Made by a program: the position numbers and the translations under genes
Assembly: GCA_965217895.1 (NCBI GenBank)
Contig: CBDCJV010000002.1
Coordinates: 3,488,001-3,552,000, forward strand
Length of the DNA stretch: 64,000 nt
Direction of reading: 5' to 3'
Source of the DNA: Waterburya sp.
Lineage (GTDB): Bacteria; Cyanobacteriota; Cyanobacteriia; Cyanobacteriales; Xenococcaceae
Shown: in pieces, positions 10,634-21,268 of the stretch
Numbering within the stretch: the first letter of the stretch is position 1
How the letters are laid out: every line of letters starts with the position of its first letter
Notes under the pieces: generated by a model
Told to the model about the DNA's origin: nothing
Seen by the model: the letters and a program-made list of their open reading frames with translations, nothing else
Database searches by the model: none

Positions 10634-12115
10634 TTAAGCAGATTTACCGTTGTAATTTTCAAGGGACTTTGATGCTGTTGCCAGAGCGATCGCTTTACGG
10701 CGAGTTTCCATGACTGCACCAATTTCTTGTCTAAGGCGAGTACTGCGCTCTAAAGCGATCTGCATCGCTTCAATTGGTAGAATTAATAGTTCTAAGTCAG
10801 ATAATGCCGTGACCGCAACAGGACTAATACTTTTCCCTGACAGTGCTGACTCACCAAAAAAGTCGCCATCATTAAGTATCGCTACTTCCTGTTCTGCCAA
10901 GGAATCTTTTTCCCTAATCGTTACAGAAGCTCTGCCCTGAATTATTATATACAGTCCAGCAGTATGATTGCCTATGGCGATCGCTTTTTCTCCTTCGCCA
11001 AAAAACTTAATTGTGGCATCTTGTGCCAATTCTGTCAGTATTTCTTGATCGACACTGCCAAAGCTAGGAAAACTATGCAGATGTTCTATATAGCCATTGA
11101 TTATCTCGCTGGATTTAATCTTCGCTGGCGGATTATGATACAGAGTCCGAATAGGAAAAGGAATATTTAAGCCATGACGCTCGGCTGCATACCAAACGCG
11201 AGTCACAAATTCATCGCGAATTTGCGGAACTTTATCGTAATCTGCTAAAAACATTCGCACTCGATAACCAATTGAAGAATCATCATAAGAAATAGTCTGA
11301 ATTACTGGCTCTGGCTTGTCTAACACTCCTTTGGTTGCCAAAGCCGTTTCTTTCATTACCCGCTTTACTTTATTGGGTGGGTCATTATAAGAAAAACCTA
11401 CGTCTACTGCTTCAACATGAAGTTTTTGCGGACGACGATAGTTACGGATAGTTGCACCTGCCAAGACTGCATTAGGAATAATCATCATTTCTAACTGCCT
11501 AGTCAGCAAATGAACCGAACGCCAGTTAATCTCAATGACTTTGCCCGTAATACCATCAACCTCAATCCAATCTCCTTCAGTAAAGGGACGTTCAAACAGT
11601 AAGGCAATACCCGAAAACAAGTTACCTAGAGTATCTTGTAAAGCCAAACCAATCACAATTGAACCAACGCCCAAAGCAGCAAGCAAGCCACCCAAATCTG
11701 CTCCCCAAACTACAGACAGCACCAAAGCAAGACCACAAAGAATCAGAAAGACGCGACTCAAATCGCGAAACAGTCTGGGAACATTGGCTTGCCAACTATC
11801 TGCCTGTGCCTGATTAAACAACAGACCATTAACTACGGTTAAAGAGCCATGAATTACAAATAACCATAGCCCAGTCTGTACCAATCGCAACGGTGTACTT
11901 TCTGGGGATAGTCCGACTATCTTATTGAGCAGAATAAATAGAGCTAAACTGGGAAAAATCAAATTACGAATAATTCGCAGAGTTGCCACCAGTAGTTTAT
12001 CTTTTGGTTTTGCTCGATAACTAATTTCTCCTAGCAATAGCGTCAGCAAGGGAAAGCCGACAATTAATGTTGCGCCCCAAATAAACCAATCCTGTTGCCA
12101 AAAAGACTCTTGCAT
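10634..12115 (-). CDS. MscS-family mechanosensitive channel with C-terminal cNMP-binding domain
   Basis: GLALQDTLGNLFSG, RPFTEGDWIEV, IPN; GDFFGE cNMP motif. Confidence 0.9.
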   Translation of the reverse strand: MQESFWQQDWFIWGATLIVGFPLLTLLLGEISYRAKPKDKLLVATLRIIRNLIFPSLALFILLNKIVGLSPESTPLRLVQTGLWLFVIHGSLTVVNGLLFNQAQADSWQANVPRLFRDLSRVFLILCGLALVLSVVWGADLGGLLAALGVGSIVIGLALQDTLGNLFSGIALLFERPFTEGDWIEVDGITGKVIEINWRSVHLLTRQLEMMIIPNAVLAGATIRNYRRPQKLHVEAVDVGFSYNDPPNKVKRVMKETALATKGVLDKPEPVIQTISYDDSSIGYRVRMFLADYDKVPQIRDEFVTRVWYAAERHGLNIPFPIRTLYHNPPAKIKSSEIINGYIEHLHSFPSFGSVDQEILTELAQDATIKFFGEGEKAIAIGNHTAGLYIIIQGRASVTIREKDSLAEQEVAILNDGDFFGESALSGKSISPVAVTALSDLELLILPIEAMQIALERSTRLRQEIGAVMETRRKAIALATASKSLENYNGKSA

Positions 12116-12162
12116 ATTTTAGTTATCCGTTTTGATTTCCTCATCCCTCATCCTTCATCCCT

Positions 12163-14304
12163 TTAATATGGTTTAGTAGCCCAAACAGCCATCCTCCCTT
12201 TGCCAGACATTTCCAACTCTTTGGCTGGCTCAAAGTCTTCAATAAACTCAGCAATCCGACTATGAACATTTTGGGTAACCTGAATGGTATTCCATTCTCC
12301 CTGAGACTGGAGGCGATTAGCAATATTGACTGTATCGCCCCACAAATCATAAATAAATTTATCTTTACCCACAATACCTGCGACTACTGAACCTGAGTTT
12401 ATGCCAATCCGCAGTTGGAGATTCATATTTTTATCTTGATTAAAGCGACGAACAATCCGCAGCATATCTTTAGCAAAATCAATAATTCTTTTAGCATGAT
12501 CGATACGAGGCACAGATAAACCACTGACTGCCATGTAGCTACTACCGATGGTTTTGACTTTTTCTACTCCGTGTCTTTCTGCTGCATCGTCAAAAGCACT
12601 AACTAAATCATTCAGGAAGACTATGGTTTCACTAGCGGGTAAAGTTTCTGAAAGCTCTACAAAGCCACCTAAATCAGCAAATAATACCGTAACGTTGGAA
12701 AAGGTATCGCCGATGCTTTCTTCGCCTTTTTTCACTCTTTGAGCTACTGGTTCTGGCAGGATACTCAACAATAAAGCTTCATTTTCCTGATGTTTTTCTT
12801 GAACTAGTTTCTTTTGATGGTCTAAACTATCTACCATCTCATTAAAAGAATCACCAAGTTCACGAAATTCATCTCTTGACTTTATTTTGACTCGAACATC
12901 AGTATTACCTTTGCCTACCTGACGGAAGCCATCAATTAAAGTACGGATAGGACGGACAAAATAGTAGGAAAGTATGGAGGCAATTAAGGTAACTAACAAG
13001 ACAATAATTGCCGTTGCTAATAATACCTTATGCTGAAAATTATTAATTGGCTCAAAGGCTTCTGCTGTATCTATCTGAGCGTTGATTACCCAGTCTAAAT
13101 CATCTAATTCTAAGGGACGATAAGCATTGAGGGTACTTACTCCTCGATAATCCTCAACCACCGCAAAACCTGTTTGATTATCTAGTGCCGCTTCAGTAGC
13201 TGGAGTATGTATTTCTTGATGCAGTATAGAAGTATTAAGCAGTTTTATTTGCGCAATTTCATCTTTTGCTAAGCCTTTTGCTTCTATAGCCTGGAAATAT
13301 TTTTTTGGTTGTTCAATTAGAAAGCGTGAGGTGCTGCGCATCCCATAATCTGACCCTACTAAATATGTCTCCCCTGTTTTACCCAAGCCATTTTGCGACC
13401 AGTTCTGATCGCTAGTCATAATTCGGTCGATTTCATCAGTAGATAACTGGAAAGCTAGGACACCAATTAATTTTGAATCATCAAATATTGGGCTGGCAAC
13501 AAAGGCTGCGGGAGCACCATAAGAGCCACGATAAGGTTCAAAATCGGAGATTGCTATAAAACCTGGATTTCTCCCCTGGCTTGCTTTTTTTACTATATCT
13601 GCCAAGCTACTGCTAGCATAAGGGCCATTGTAAATATTGGTAGCAAAATCGGTTTGTTTTTCGACCGAATAGAGTATGTTACCTGCTTGGGCATCAATCA
13701 GTAATAAATCATAATAATTGAATTTTTCAATAAAATTGCGAAAAATTGGCTGTATTTGGTTATGAATATCGCTATAGCTACTACCGTCATTAGCATTATT
13801 TAAAAATTCTTTTTCGCCAACAGGATTTGTATTGGCAGCAATATATTGATATTGAAGATAGCGAGAGGCGGTTTCGTGAGGAAGATAAGAATAGAGTAGG
13901 GGTTTGCCTTCTGTATTTTGCTCTAGCTTGGGTAAAAATTCTTGACTGTAGTAGTTTTTAAGCTTATCGTTCCAACTAATTGGCAAGGATTCTGCGTTTA
14001 ACTTTTGGAAAGCTACTTTTAGGTTCTTCACCGCCTCGACAACGCTGCCCATTTCGCTAGTAGTTTCTACTTGAGCGCGAACTTTTTCAAAGTAATCTTC
14101 AATTTCGTATGCCTTATTTTCCCGTAAGCTAACTAATTGATTTTCGATACTGCGATCGAGAGCTTGGCGACCATTATTATAACCTACATAGGCGATCGCA
14201 ATAATTGAACTAATGCAGACAGCCAGCAGCATCAGCATTAGCTTAGACTGAATAGTTAATTTTCCTAGCAAGTTTTTATATTCCTTTTTATTACGACTGA
14301 CCAA
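12163..14304 (-). CDS. Class III adenylate/guanylate cyclase with periplasmic Cache-like sensor and HAMP domain
   Basis: Two TMs, HAMP (DEFRELGDSFNEM), VLFADL, KTIG, RIGINSG, YDLWGDTVN. Confidence 0.9.
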   Translation of the reverse strand: MVSRNKKEYKNLLGKLTIQSKLMLMLLAVCISSIIAIAYVGYNNGRQALDRSIENQLVSLRENKAYEIEDYFEKVRAQVETTSEMGSVVEAVKNLKVAFQKLNAESLPISWNDKLKNYYSQEFLPKLEQNTEGKPLLYSYLPHETASRYLQYQYIAANTNPVGEKEFLNNANDGSSYSDIHNQIQPIFRNFIEKFNYYDLLLIDAQAGNILYSVEKQTDFATNIYNGPYASSSLADIVKKASQGRNPGFIAISDFEPYRGSYGAPAAFVASPIFDDSKLIGVLAFQLSTDEIDRIMTSDQNWSQNGLGKTGETYLVGSDYGMRSTSRFLIEQPKKYFQAIEAKGLAKDEIAQIKLLNTSILHQEIHTPATEAALDNQTGFAVVEDYRGVSTLNAYRPLELDDLDWVINAQIDTAEAFEPINNFQHKVLLATAIIVLLVTLIASILSYYFVRPIRTLIDGFRQVGKGNTDVRVKIKSRDEFRELGDSFNEMVDSLDHQKKLVQEKHQENEALLLSILPEPVAQRVKKGEESIGDTFSNVTVLFADLGGFVELSETLPASETIVFLNDLVSAFDDAAERHGVEKVKTIGSSYMAVSGLSVPRIDHAKRIIDFAKDMLRIVRRFNQDKNMNLQLRIGINSGSVVAGIVGKDKFIYDLWGDTVNIANRLQSQGEWNTIQVTQNVHSRIAEFIEDFEPAKELEMSGKGRMAVWATKPY

Positions 14305-14400
14305 CGGTCACAGATCACCTGTGATTATTAATCAATCAATTTTAAATTAACAAGTAATTATATGTAAGATTGTTTTTTAGATGTTGCCAAATGTAGTTTA

Positions 14401-14561
14401 TTGACATACTACCCGACCTGAAGGTACGGGAATTCTGGTTATTAGTCCCTGCGGTGGGTACACCTTGGCTAGTTTTAGTACTTAATTGACTACTAAAAAC
14501 TAAAGACTAAAAACTACGAGCAAGTTGCCGTTCACGGCGAGGCTTGAAACCCAAAGCGATG
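14401..14561 (-). mobile_element. Non-autonomous IS200/IS605-type miniature element (ends only)
   Basis: On the minus strand TTAC precedes a left-end-like gggtttcaagcctcgccgtgaacggc hairpin; the element ends gaattcccgtaccttcaggtcgggtagtatgTCAA, resembling IS605/tnpB right ends. Confidence 0.6.
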
Positions 14562-14568
14562 GTAAGCC

Positions 14569-15480
14569 TTACCAATCATCTTCGTGATTTTGTCTTTCTA
14601 ATAAAGATATAGCCAAAGCGATCGCTTTTTTTACTCCTTCGTCTTTTTCTTTGTCTAAAGCAGTCTCTAAAGAAGCGAGGGAATTGCGATCGCCAATTTT
14701 CATTAAGGATAAAGCTGCTGATTTGCGAGTTTCTGCCTCTGCATGATTTAGCAATAATCTTAAATCAGGAATAGCTGGCTGATATTTTAGGTTACCTAAT
14801 ACTGCTGCTGCTTCACTGCGAACGTTGGTTGCAGGATCTTGTAAAGATGTAACTAATAAATTCAGTGCTTTGGCATCATGACGATCTTCTTCTACTACTT
14901 TAGCGATCGCACCTACCACCGCAGCCCGCACTTCAGGAGAGTCTGAGTCATAAACTTCATATAGCTTATCTTTTGCCTTAGCACCAATAAACGCTAAAGC
15001 CCAAGCTGCATGACCTTTATTGCTTTCAGTAGATTCCTTGGCAGCTAAGACTTCTAATAAAGGCGTTACTGATGCTTCCCCTGTCCGCGCCAGTGCGCCA
15101 ATAGCAGAGGCTTGCACCACCGTATCTTCGTCGTTTAATAGTGCCTGGATTAAATAAGGGACAGCCTGGGGATCTTCAATCAAAGTTAGAGTTTTTCCTG
15201 CTGCTCTTCTCACCACTGCGTTAGAGTGATGTAATAAGGCATCGATCAATAGATTTACGGCGGGTTTACCTACCTCTCCTAAAGCTTCTGCATAGCCCAG
15301 CCTGACCATTCCCCGCGTATCTCCTAAGCATTCCACCATTTGCCACAAAAGCTGTTGGTCACTATGGTCAAATGTTCCTTGAGCAAGCTGCTGATTTATT
15401 TTGGCTAACAGTTCGTCTGTTTCTTCGTGATTAAGTAGCAGCGTCTCGCCATTCTTAGAAGTGTTAGGCGTATTAGTCAT
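14569..15480 (-). CDS. HEAT-repeat phycobiliprotein lyase, CpeF/MpeV-like
   Basis: PBS-lyase HEAT repeats; LGDTRGMVRL, VVRRAAGKTLTLI, KGHAAWALAFIG. Confidence 0.7.
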   Translation of the reverse strand: MTNTPNTSKNGETLLLNHEETDELLAKINQQLAQGTFDHSDQQLLWQMVECLGDTRGMVRLGYAEALGEVGKPAVNLLIDALLHHSNAVVRRAAGKTLTLIEDPQAVPYLIQALLNDEDTVVQASAIGALARTGEASVTPLLEVLAAKESTESNKGHAAWALAFIGAKAKDKLYEVYDSDSPEVRAAVVGAIAKVVEEDRHDAKALNLLVTSLQDPATNVRSEAAAVLGNLKYQPAIPDLRLLLNHAEAETRKSAALSLMKIGDRNSLASLETALDKEKDEGVKKAIALAISLLERQNHEDDW

Positions 15481-15482
15481 TT

Positions 15483-15701
15483 CTAATTATTCTCAGTCAA
15501 ATTAGCTTGTTGTTCACGGATTCTTGCTAGTTTGCTATCAATTTCTGCTAGCTGTGGCTCTAGCTTGGCCATGGTTGCTTTTTTCGACAGCTTGGCTTTT
15601 TTTGCTGCTTCTAAAGTTTCGTTGACCAGGCGATCGCGGTATTGCTCAAATTCAACAATCAATTCTGCCAAATCTTCTGCCGTTACTGGAGTATCAGCCA
15701 T
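15483..15701 (-). CDS. Small coiled-coil hypothetical protein
   Basis: 72-aa ORF ending 2 nt upstream of the lyase gene start. Confidence 0.7.
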   Translation of the reverse strand: MADTPVTAEDLAELIVEFEQYRDRLVNETLEAAKKAKLSKKATMAKLEPQLAEIDSKLARIREQQANLTENN

Positions 15702-15868
15702 TTGCTATTTCCTAAAAGAATTATATTTATATTTTCAAACTTTACTAACTTTCACTGTTCACTATCTAAACAATGTTTTTTGAGTAATCGATAAAGTTAT
15801 CTAGCTACATAGCCAGTTGTTTTACCAATAATCAATTTACCAAACTTTCGTTTTACCTGACTTTTATT

Positions 15869-16552
15869 TCAAAGCCCCGTTTCCCGCATTGCTTCTAAAT
15901 AGTCGATCGCCGCCTTCAATTTATCCTCATAGGCATAGGAAAACTCTTCAAACCACTTCCCTTCTTCTGAACGTGGATTAAGCTTTACCAGCCACTCTTT
16001 AGCTGCTTCTCGTAATGCTTCTTTACGCCTGCGCTCTCGTAATTCTTCTCTCTTTTGTAGCTCTATAAGTTCTTGCTCATGGCGTTTTTGCTCGGCAAGC
16101 TTGGTTTCTTCCTGACGTTTAGTTTCGGCTATTTTCGCTTCTTCCTGACGTTTAATTTCGGCAAGTTTTTCTTCACGCTTGTGAGCCTGTCGGCGATAGT
16201 CTGTATCTATTAAGGCGTTCAGGCGATCGCGTGACATTAATTCCAACTGACCACGGGATTTAGCTGAGTGAGCCGTAGTATTAGGTTTATTTGGCTGGGC
16301 AGAGGATGTTGGTTTTTCTGGCATACTATTTGGTCTTCCTCTTCCTGATTCTAATTCTGCTCTCAACTCTGCTAGCATCTTATCCATTGAGGCTTTTGGC
16401 TTCGAGCTTTGGGGTGGCTGTTTTGCTGGGCGAGATTGAGATTGCCCATGATTAGATCTTCTAGATTGTTGTTTAGGCTCAAACTCCTCTTCCAACTGAG
16501 CCAGTAAATCATCCATATTTTTATCCGACATCAATACCATCCCCTTACTCAA
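15869..16552 (-). CDS. Salt-stress protein, Slr1339-like
   Basis: Charged coiled coil; C-terminal EWLVKLNPRSEEGKWFEEFSYAY...AAIDYL. Confidence 0.65.
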   Translation of the reverse strand: MSKGMVLMSDKNMDDLLAQLEEEFEPKQQSRRSNHGQSQSRPAKQPPQSSKPKASMDKMLAELRAELESGRGRPNSMPEKPTSSAQPNKPNTTAHSAKSRGQLELMSRDRLNALIDTDYRRQAHKREEKLAEIKRQEEAKIAETKRQEETKLAEQKRHEQELIELQKREELRERRRKEALREAAKEWLVKLNPRSEEGKWFEEFSYAYEDKLKAAIDYLEAMRETGL

Positions 16553-16571
16553 TGCTCATCTTAATTTTAAA

Positions 16572-17048
16572 TTATGCAGCAGCTAGAGTGTCAGCCAGAG
16601 GTTTCCAATTAACATAGCGATCGCCACCCATTTCTAAAACAACCTTTATTTTTGGCTCTTCTTTAGTCAAATTAACTAAGTACTGAATTTCTTGGCGGGA
16701 CAATATTTGTCCTTCCATAATCCACAGTGCTAATCCTTTGGCATTAGCAGGTAAAGAACTTAACTCATAAGTAGCAATTGGTGGTATGTAATAAATATCA
16801 CCAACCGCAGCATCTTGACCAATAGTTTTCTTACCCAGGTGAGGAGGACGAACTCCATGTACTCTAGTTAAATAAGCGTCTAAGTCCCCTAAACCTCTGG
16901 CGGTAATGTTAATAGTCTGATAGCCATACGCTCGCAAACGCCTTTGATAGCGTCCTTCAGATCCTCCTTCTAGAGGCATATACAAGCCCAATGCACCATT
17001 TTTTTCTAAAGCCCGAATAAATGATTTTCCAGTGGTAATTAGTGGCAT
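16572..17048 (-). CDS. ndhN: NAD(P)H-quinone oxidoreductase subunit N
   Basis: PLEGGSEGRYQRRLR, TARGLGD, HGVRPPHLGK. Confidence 0.95.
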   Translation of the reverse strand: MPLITTGKSFIRALEKNGALGLYMPLEGGSEGRYQRRLRAYGYQTINITARGLGDLDAYLTRVHGVRPPHLGKKTIGQDAAVGDIYYIPPIATYELSSLPANAKGLALWIMEGQILSRQEIQYLVNLTKEEPKIKVVLEMGGDRYVNWKPLADTLAAA

Positions 17049-17154
17049 AGCCTCTATATATTTGTCTTTATGTTGGTTTGTCTAAAATTATATTTCATCA
17101 GCTATCTTTAAAACTAGGTTAGTTTGGTTAAAAGGTTAAAAGTTAAGATTGGGT

Positions 17155-18468
17155 TCAAAAGATAAATTTCAACTGCAAACCCCATAATTGAGATTCGCTG
17201 CGTAAAATTTCAATCTGTTTAATAAATTCACGAAAATAAAAACGTCTTTCTGCTTCTGATAAATCTAACCAAAATTGAGGCAAAGAAACAGCCTGGGCGA
17301 TCGCCTGAAGATTTCCTGGAGGTAACTGGGCCATTTTGCTTTCTAGTTGAGCTATTTCGGCACGTAATTTATAGTTGCGAAGTTCGACGGTTTCTAGATC
17401 TAAAACTTCTTGTTCTAATAAATTGGGTAATTGAGCAATTGCTGATTGCTTCTGTTTAATTTGCTGTCTTAAAATATCCTCGATCACTTTATTATCTGGT
17501 AGATTTAACTGCTCTACAGCTAGAGGAAGTTCAACGCAAATTTTATTAATAGTTTGATTTAAAACTTGAGTATAAGCGATCGCTTTACACTTAGGTTTTT
17601 GAGGACATTTATGACAGCGTAGATAAAGATATTCAGCTTTTTTTTGATGCTGGGTAACACGAGCAATATTCATCGTTAGCTGACATTGTTGGCAAATAAC
17701 TAATCCTGCTAAGGAACGAGGCGCGCTAGCTGTGCGAGGAGATAAGCTACTATTGCGTCGCAACAAACGATCTATTTGTGCTGCTTCTTCACGGCTGATG
17801 ATTGAGGCATGAGTATTAGAAATCAGCTCTGCTTTTTTATACTTCAAATCCCCTCGATACACGGGGTTTGTCAGCCAGTTACGACCAGTAGAAGGAGAGA
17901 TTTTTTTGCCATAACGCTTTTCTAAATATTTAACCGCACCCCGCAATGAACCAAATAATAAAAATCGCTCGAAAAAATCTTTAACCACTGGCGCGGTGCT
18001 TTTATCAATAATATATTTGTCTTGTCCCCGACGATATCCGTAAGGAGCTTTCCCTGGAGGAGGCAAAATTTTTAAGCGATTACGAGCATGACCTTGCTTT
18101 AGCCGTGTACGCTGCTTATTTGCCTGTATTTGATCCAGGATTTTGGCTATATTAGCTTTTAAGTCGTGACTGCCGTTTTCTGACCACATCCGAGAACTGT
18201 AATCTTGTTCTGTAGCAATAACCTGGATGCCAATTGATTCTAATTGGTTTAGGCGATCGCTAATAATATTAATATTGTCTCCCAATTCTTCTAAGCGACG
18301 AAGCAATAAGATGTCTGGATGTTCGTCGTGACAGTCTGCAAGTAGTTGATTTAACTGCTGATAGTTACCTATATCTTGGTAGACTCGATCTATTTCTAAT
18401 CCCCATATTTCTTTATTTGGTGCAGGTTCTAAAAGAGGATCGCTATAAATATAGGCAATGATTTTCAT
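17155..18468 (-). CDS. Large serine-recombinase-like protein with degenerate catalytic N-terminus
   Basis: GKAPYGY, LTNPVYRG, Zn ribbon (LAGLVICQQC...YLRC); no YxRxS motif (AYIYSDP). Confidence 0.8.
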   Translation of the reverse strand: MKIIAYIYSDPLLEPAPNKEIWGLEIDRVYQDIGNYQQLNQLLADCHDEHPDILLLRRLEELGDNINIISDRLNQLESIGIQVIATEQDYSSRMWSENGSHDLKANIAKILDQIQANKQRTRLKQGHARNRLKILPPPGKAPYGYRRGQDKYIIDKSTAPVVKDFFERFLLFGSLRGAVKYLEKRYGKKISPSTGRNWLTNPVYRGDLKYKKAELISNTHASIISREEAAQIDRLLRRNSSLSPRTASAPRSLAGLVICQQCQLTMNIARVTQHQKKAEYLYLRCHKCPQKPKCKAIAYTQVLNQTINKICVELPLAVEQLNLPDNKVIEDILRQQIKQKQSAIAQLPNLLEQEVLDLETVELRNYKLRAEIAQLESKMAQLPPGNLQAIAQAVSLPQFWLDLSEAERRFYFREFIKQIEILRSESQLWGLQLKFIF

Positions 18469-18543
18469 TATTCTGTGAAATTTAACAGAAGCGCGATCGC
18501 AATATCTAATACCAAATTAAATTGTATCCGCTACAGATTAATT

Positions 18544-18571
18544 GTAAGGGCGAACGGCCGTTCGCCCCTAC
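18544..18571. repeat. REP palindrome GTAAGGGCGAACGGCCGTTCGCCCCTAC
   Basis: Lies inside an outer imperfect IR (ataccaaattaaatt / aatttaaaatggtat), between HIP1 sites at 18493 and 18625. Confidence 0.85.
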
Positions 18572-18661
18572 AGAAAACGATGTGTCATGTTGTAAATTTA
18601 AAATGGTATAACTTTATCTGTATCGCGATCGCGAGGTAGCCGATCTATAAATATGTAAGAT

Positions 18662-20086
18662 TTACGCAAAATATTTAATGATTGCTTGAGCAAATTCAGA
18701 GCATTTCAAAGGAGGGTCAACTGGAGGCTCGATCAATCTAGCTAAATCATAGGTAACTTCACTATTAGCGATCGCTTTAGCCAATCCCTTTTGAATTAAA
18801 TCCGCTGCTTCTTGCCAACCCATAAACTCTAGCATCATCACTCCAGAGAGAATCACCGAGCCTGGATTAATCCGATCTAGTCCAGCGTGCTTTGGTGCTG
18901 TGCCGTGGGTAGCCTCAAAGATAGCGCAATCGTCACCTATATTTGCCCCAGGACTCATACCCAAACCACCAACAATCGCTGCTGCCGCATCAGAAATGTA
19001 ATCGCCGTTCAGGTTCATCGTTGCTAAGATGGAATAATCATCAGGGCGGGTTTGAATTTGCTGAAAAATACTGTCAGCAATGCGATCGTTGACCATGATC
19101 TTGCTTTTCCATTTGCCTTCCCCGTGAGTATCCCAAATATTGTCTAAGACTTCTTGAACTTCTTGACCAATTTTTTGCTGTTTTTCTGGAGTTAAAGCAT
19201 CGTATCCAGGTTCTATTTTACGAGCATTATCTTCAATTGAAAGATTACTATTTGCTTCTTTATTGCTTAAAATCCAAGATTCTCGTTCAGTAACACATTC
19301 ACCCCGAAATTCTGTAGTTGCCAATTCATAACCCCAGTCACGAAAAGCACCTTCGGTATATTTCATAATATTACCCTTATGTACTAAAGTAACCTGTCGC
19401 TTGTTTGCAGTCAGTTTTAAAGCGTGCTGAATTGCTTTTCTAATTAAGCGTTGTGAACCAGTTTTGCTAATCGGCTTGATGCCAATCCCCGAATCTAAAG
19501 GAATTTGCTTGTTGCCATGTTCAGGAGTATTAGGAATCAAATCTGTGTTTAGTAAATTAATCAACCTAGTGCCAATTTCGTCCCCTTTTTTCCATTCAAT
19601 ACCCAGATAAATATCCTCGGTATTTTCACGATAAACAATTACGTCGAGCTTTTCAGGATATTTATGAGGAGATGGCGTACCTTGATAGTAACGGCAGGGA
19701 CGCACGCAGGCATAAAGCTGAAATATCTGGCGCAAAGCTACATTTAAGGAACGAATCCCTCCTCCTACAGGAGTTGTTAAAGGACCTTTTATTGCCACGC
19801 CATATTCTTTAATCGCATCTAAAGTATCCTGAGGCAGATATTGATAAGTACCATATTTTTCACAGGCTTCGTCTCCCGCATATATCTTAAACCAATTGAT
19901 TTTACGCTTGTCACCGTAGGCAGTTTTGACCGCTGCATCAATTACAGCTTCGGTAGCTGGCCAAATATCTACTCCTGTACCGTCACCACGAATAAAGGGA
20001 ATGACTGGATCATCAGGAACAATAGGCTTGCCATCTTGAAAAGTTATTTTAGAGCCAGCCTTTGGTGGTGTGAGTTTTTCGTACAT
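18662..20086 (-). CDS. icd: NADP-dependent isocitrate dehydrogenase
   Basis: [43 protein letters not shown]. Confidence 0.97.
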   Translation of the reverse strand: MYEKLTPPKAGSKITFQDGKPIVPDDPVIPFIRGDGTGVDIWPATEAVIDAAVKTAYGDKRKINWFKIYAGDEACEKYGTYQYLPQDTLDAIKEYGVAIKGPLTTPVGGGIRSLNVALRQIFQLYACVRPCRYYQGTPSPHKYPEKLDVIVYRENTEDIYLGIEWKKGDEIGTRLINLLNTDLIPNTPEHGNKQIPLDSGIGIKPISKTGSQRLIRKAIQHALKLTANKRQVTLVHKGNIMKYTEGAFRDWGYELATTEFRGECVTERESWILSNKEANSNLSIEDNARKIEPGYDALTPEKQQKIGQEVQEVLDNIWDTHGEGKWKSKIMVNDRIADSIFQQIQTRPDDYSILATMNLNGDYISDAAAAIVGGLGMSPGANIGDDCAIFEATHGTAPKHAGLDRINPGSVILSGVMMLEFMGWQEAADLIQKGLAKAIANSEVTYDLARLIEPPVDPPLKCSEFAQAIIKYFA

Positions 20087-20304
20087 ACGGTTGTGATTAG
20101 GAAAAAATGAATATAGCTACAGTACAATTAAATCGCTCTGATTTGACAGTAGCAAAATTTTTTAGCTGAAGTCTGTAAATAAAAATAATTATCTTAAAAA
20201 CCTGCATTAAATAATTATTAAGTTTTAAAGGGTGAGAAAATATATATTTAAAGGTGCAAAGATAGAGAATTTAATTTAAATACTTTCTTTAGTAACATAA
20301 AGGC

Positions 20305-21030
20305 ATGAAAAAGATACTAATAGTAGATGACGATTTGATTTTGCGCCAGGTGCTGCAAAATTCTCTAGAACAAAAAGGATACCAAGTTATTTCTGTTGGT
20401 TCTGCTAAAGAGGCTTTGACTAAATTTAATCAGGACGTACCAGATATTATTGTTTCTGATGTATCTATGCCAGAAATGGATGGATTTGAGTTTTGTCGCC
20501 AATTGCGATCGCAAACATCTGGTAAATTAATCCCCTTTATTTTCCTCTCGGCAAAAGATGAATTAGAAGACCGTATTCAAGGACACACGATTGGCGCTGA
20601 CAGTTATCTTACTAAACCTTTTGAAATGAAAGAGTTACTGGCTAACATTGAGGCTTTGATCGAACGTTCTCGTCGAGTCCATGCAGAAATAGTACATCTT
20701 ATTGAACAATTAGTGAACTCTCATCATCCCACCGAAATTGTCACCGATATTGGTCACTATTCCACAAAGGTGAGGCAAAATGCTGAAGCAACCCCAAAAA
20801 ACCAGCCTTCTAGTACTCCCGATCCTCTACCACTAACCCCAGCAGAAGAAAGGGTATTTTGGGAAACTATTCAGGGCTACACTAATAAGCAAATTAGCGA
20901 GCGTCTATTTATTAGTCCTCGAACTGTCCAGACTCATTTAAGTAACATTTTAAATAAGCTTAATTTAAGCAATCGTACTCAGCTTGTTCGTTTTGCCTAC
21001 GAACAAGGATACGAGAAAGTATCGTTTTAG
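20305..21030 (+). CDS. Response regulator, REC plus LuxR HTH (NarL family)
   Basis: IVDDD, DVSMP, KPF; LTPAE...GYTNKQISERLFISPRTVQTH. Confidence 0.92.
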   Translation: MKKILIVDDDLILRQVLQNSLEQKGYQVISVGSAKEALTKFNQDVPDIIVSDVSMPEMDGFEFCRQLRSQTSGKLIPFIFLSAKDELEDRIQGHTIGADSYLTKPFEMKELLANIEALIERSRRVHAEIVHLIEQLVNSHHPTEIVTDIGHYSTKVRQNAEATPKNQPSSTPDPLPLTPAEERVFWETIQGYTNKQISERLFISPRTVQTHLSNILNKLNLSNRTQLVRFAYEQGYEKVSF

Positions 21031-21268
21031 ACAAATTTCCCCATAATCGACTGCTGAGCGACAGCTAAATCTAAAAAAGTTAATAAATCCTAATCTGACC
21101 ATTATTTTAAACACTGACTACAGCCAAACCATGATAGGATTTTCATCATAGACAACTAAGTACAAACACTCATCTTTCTTTAGAGCAAAAAAGCGATTTT
21201 GTCTAGAGCTTACTCTGCACCTTCAAAGTTTTAAATAGTGGCAGATTAACCGCCTGAGGAAAATTTAT

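Noticed and set aside
10710..12742. Short antisense ORFs here and within other long genes (e.g. 59658-60644, 61008-61481)
   Set aside because: Shadow frames opposite well-supported genes.
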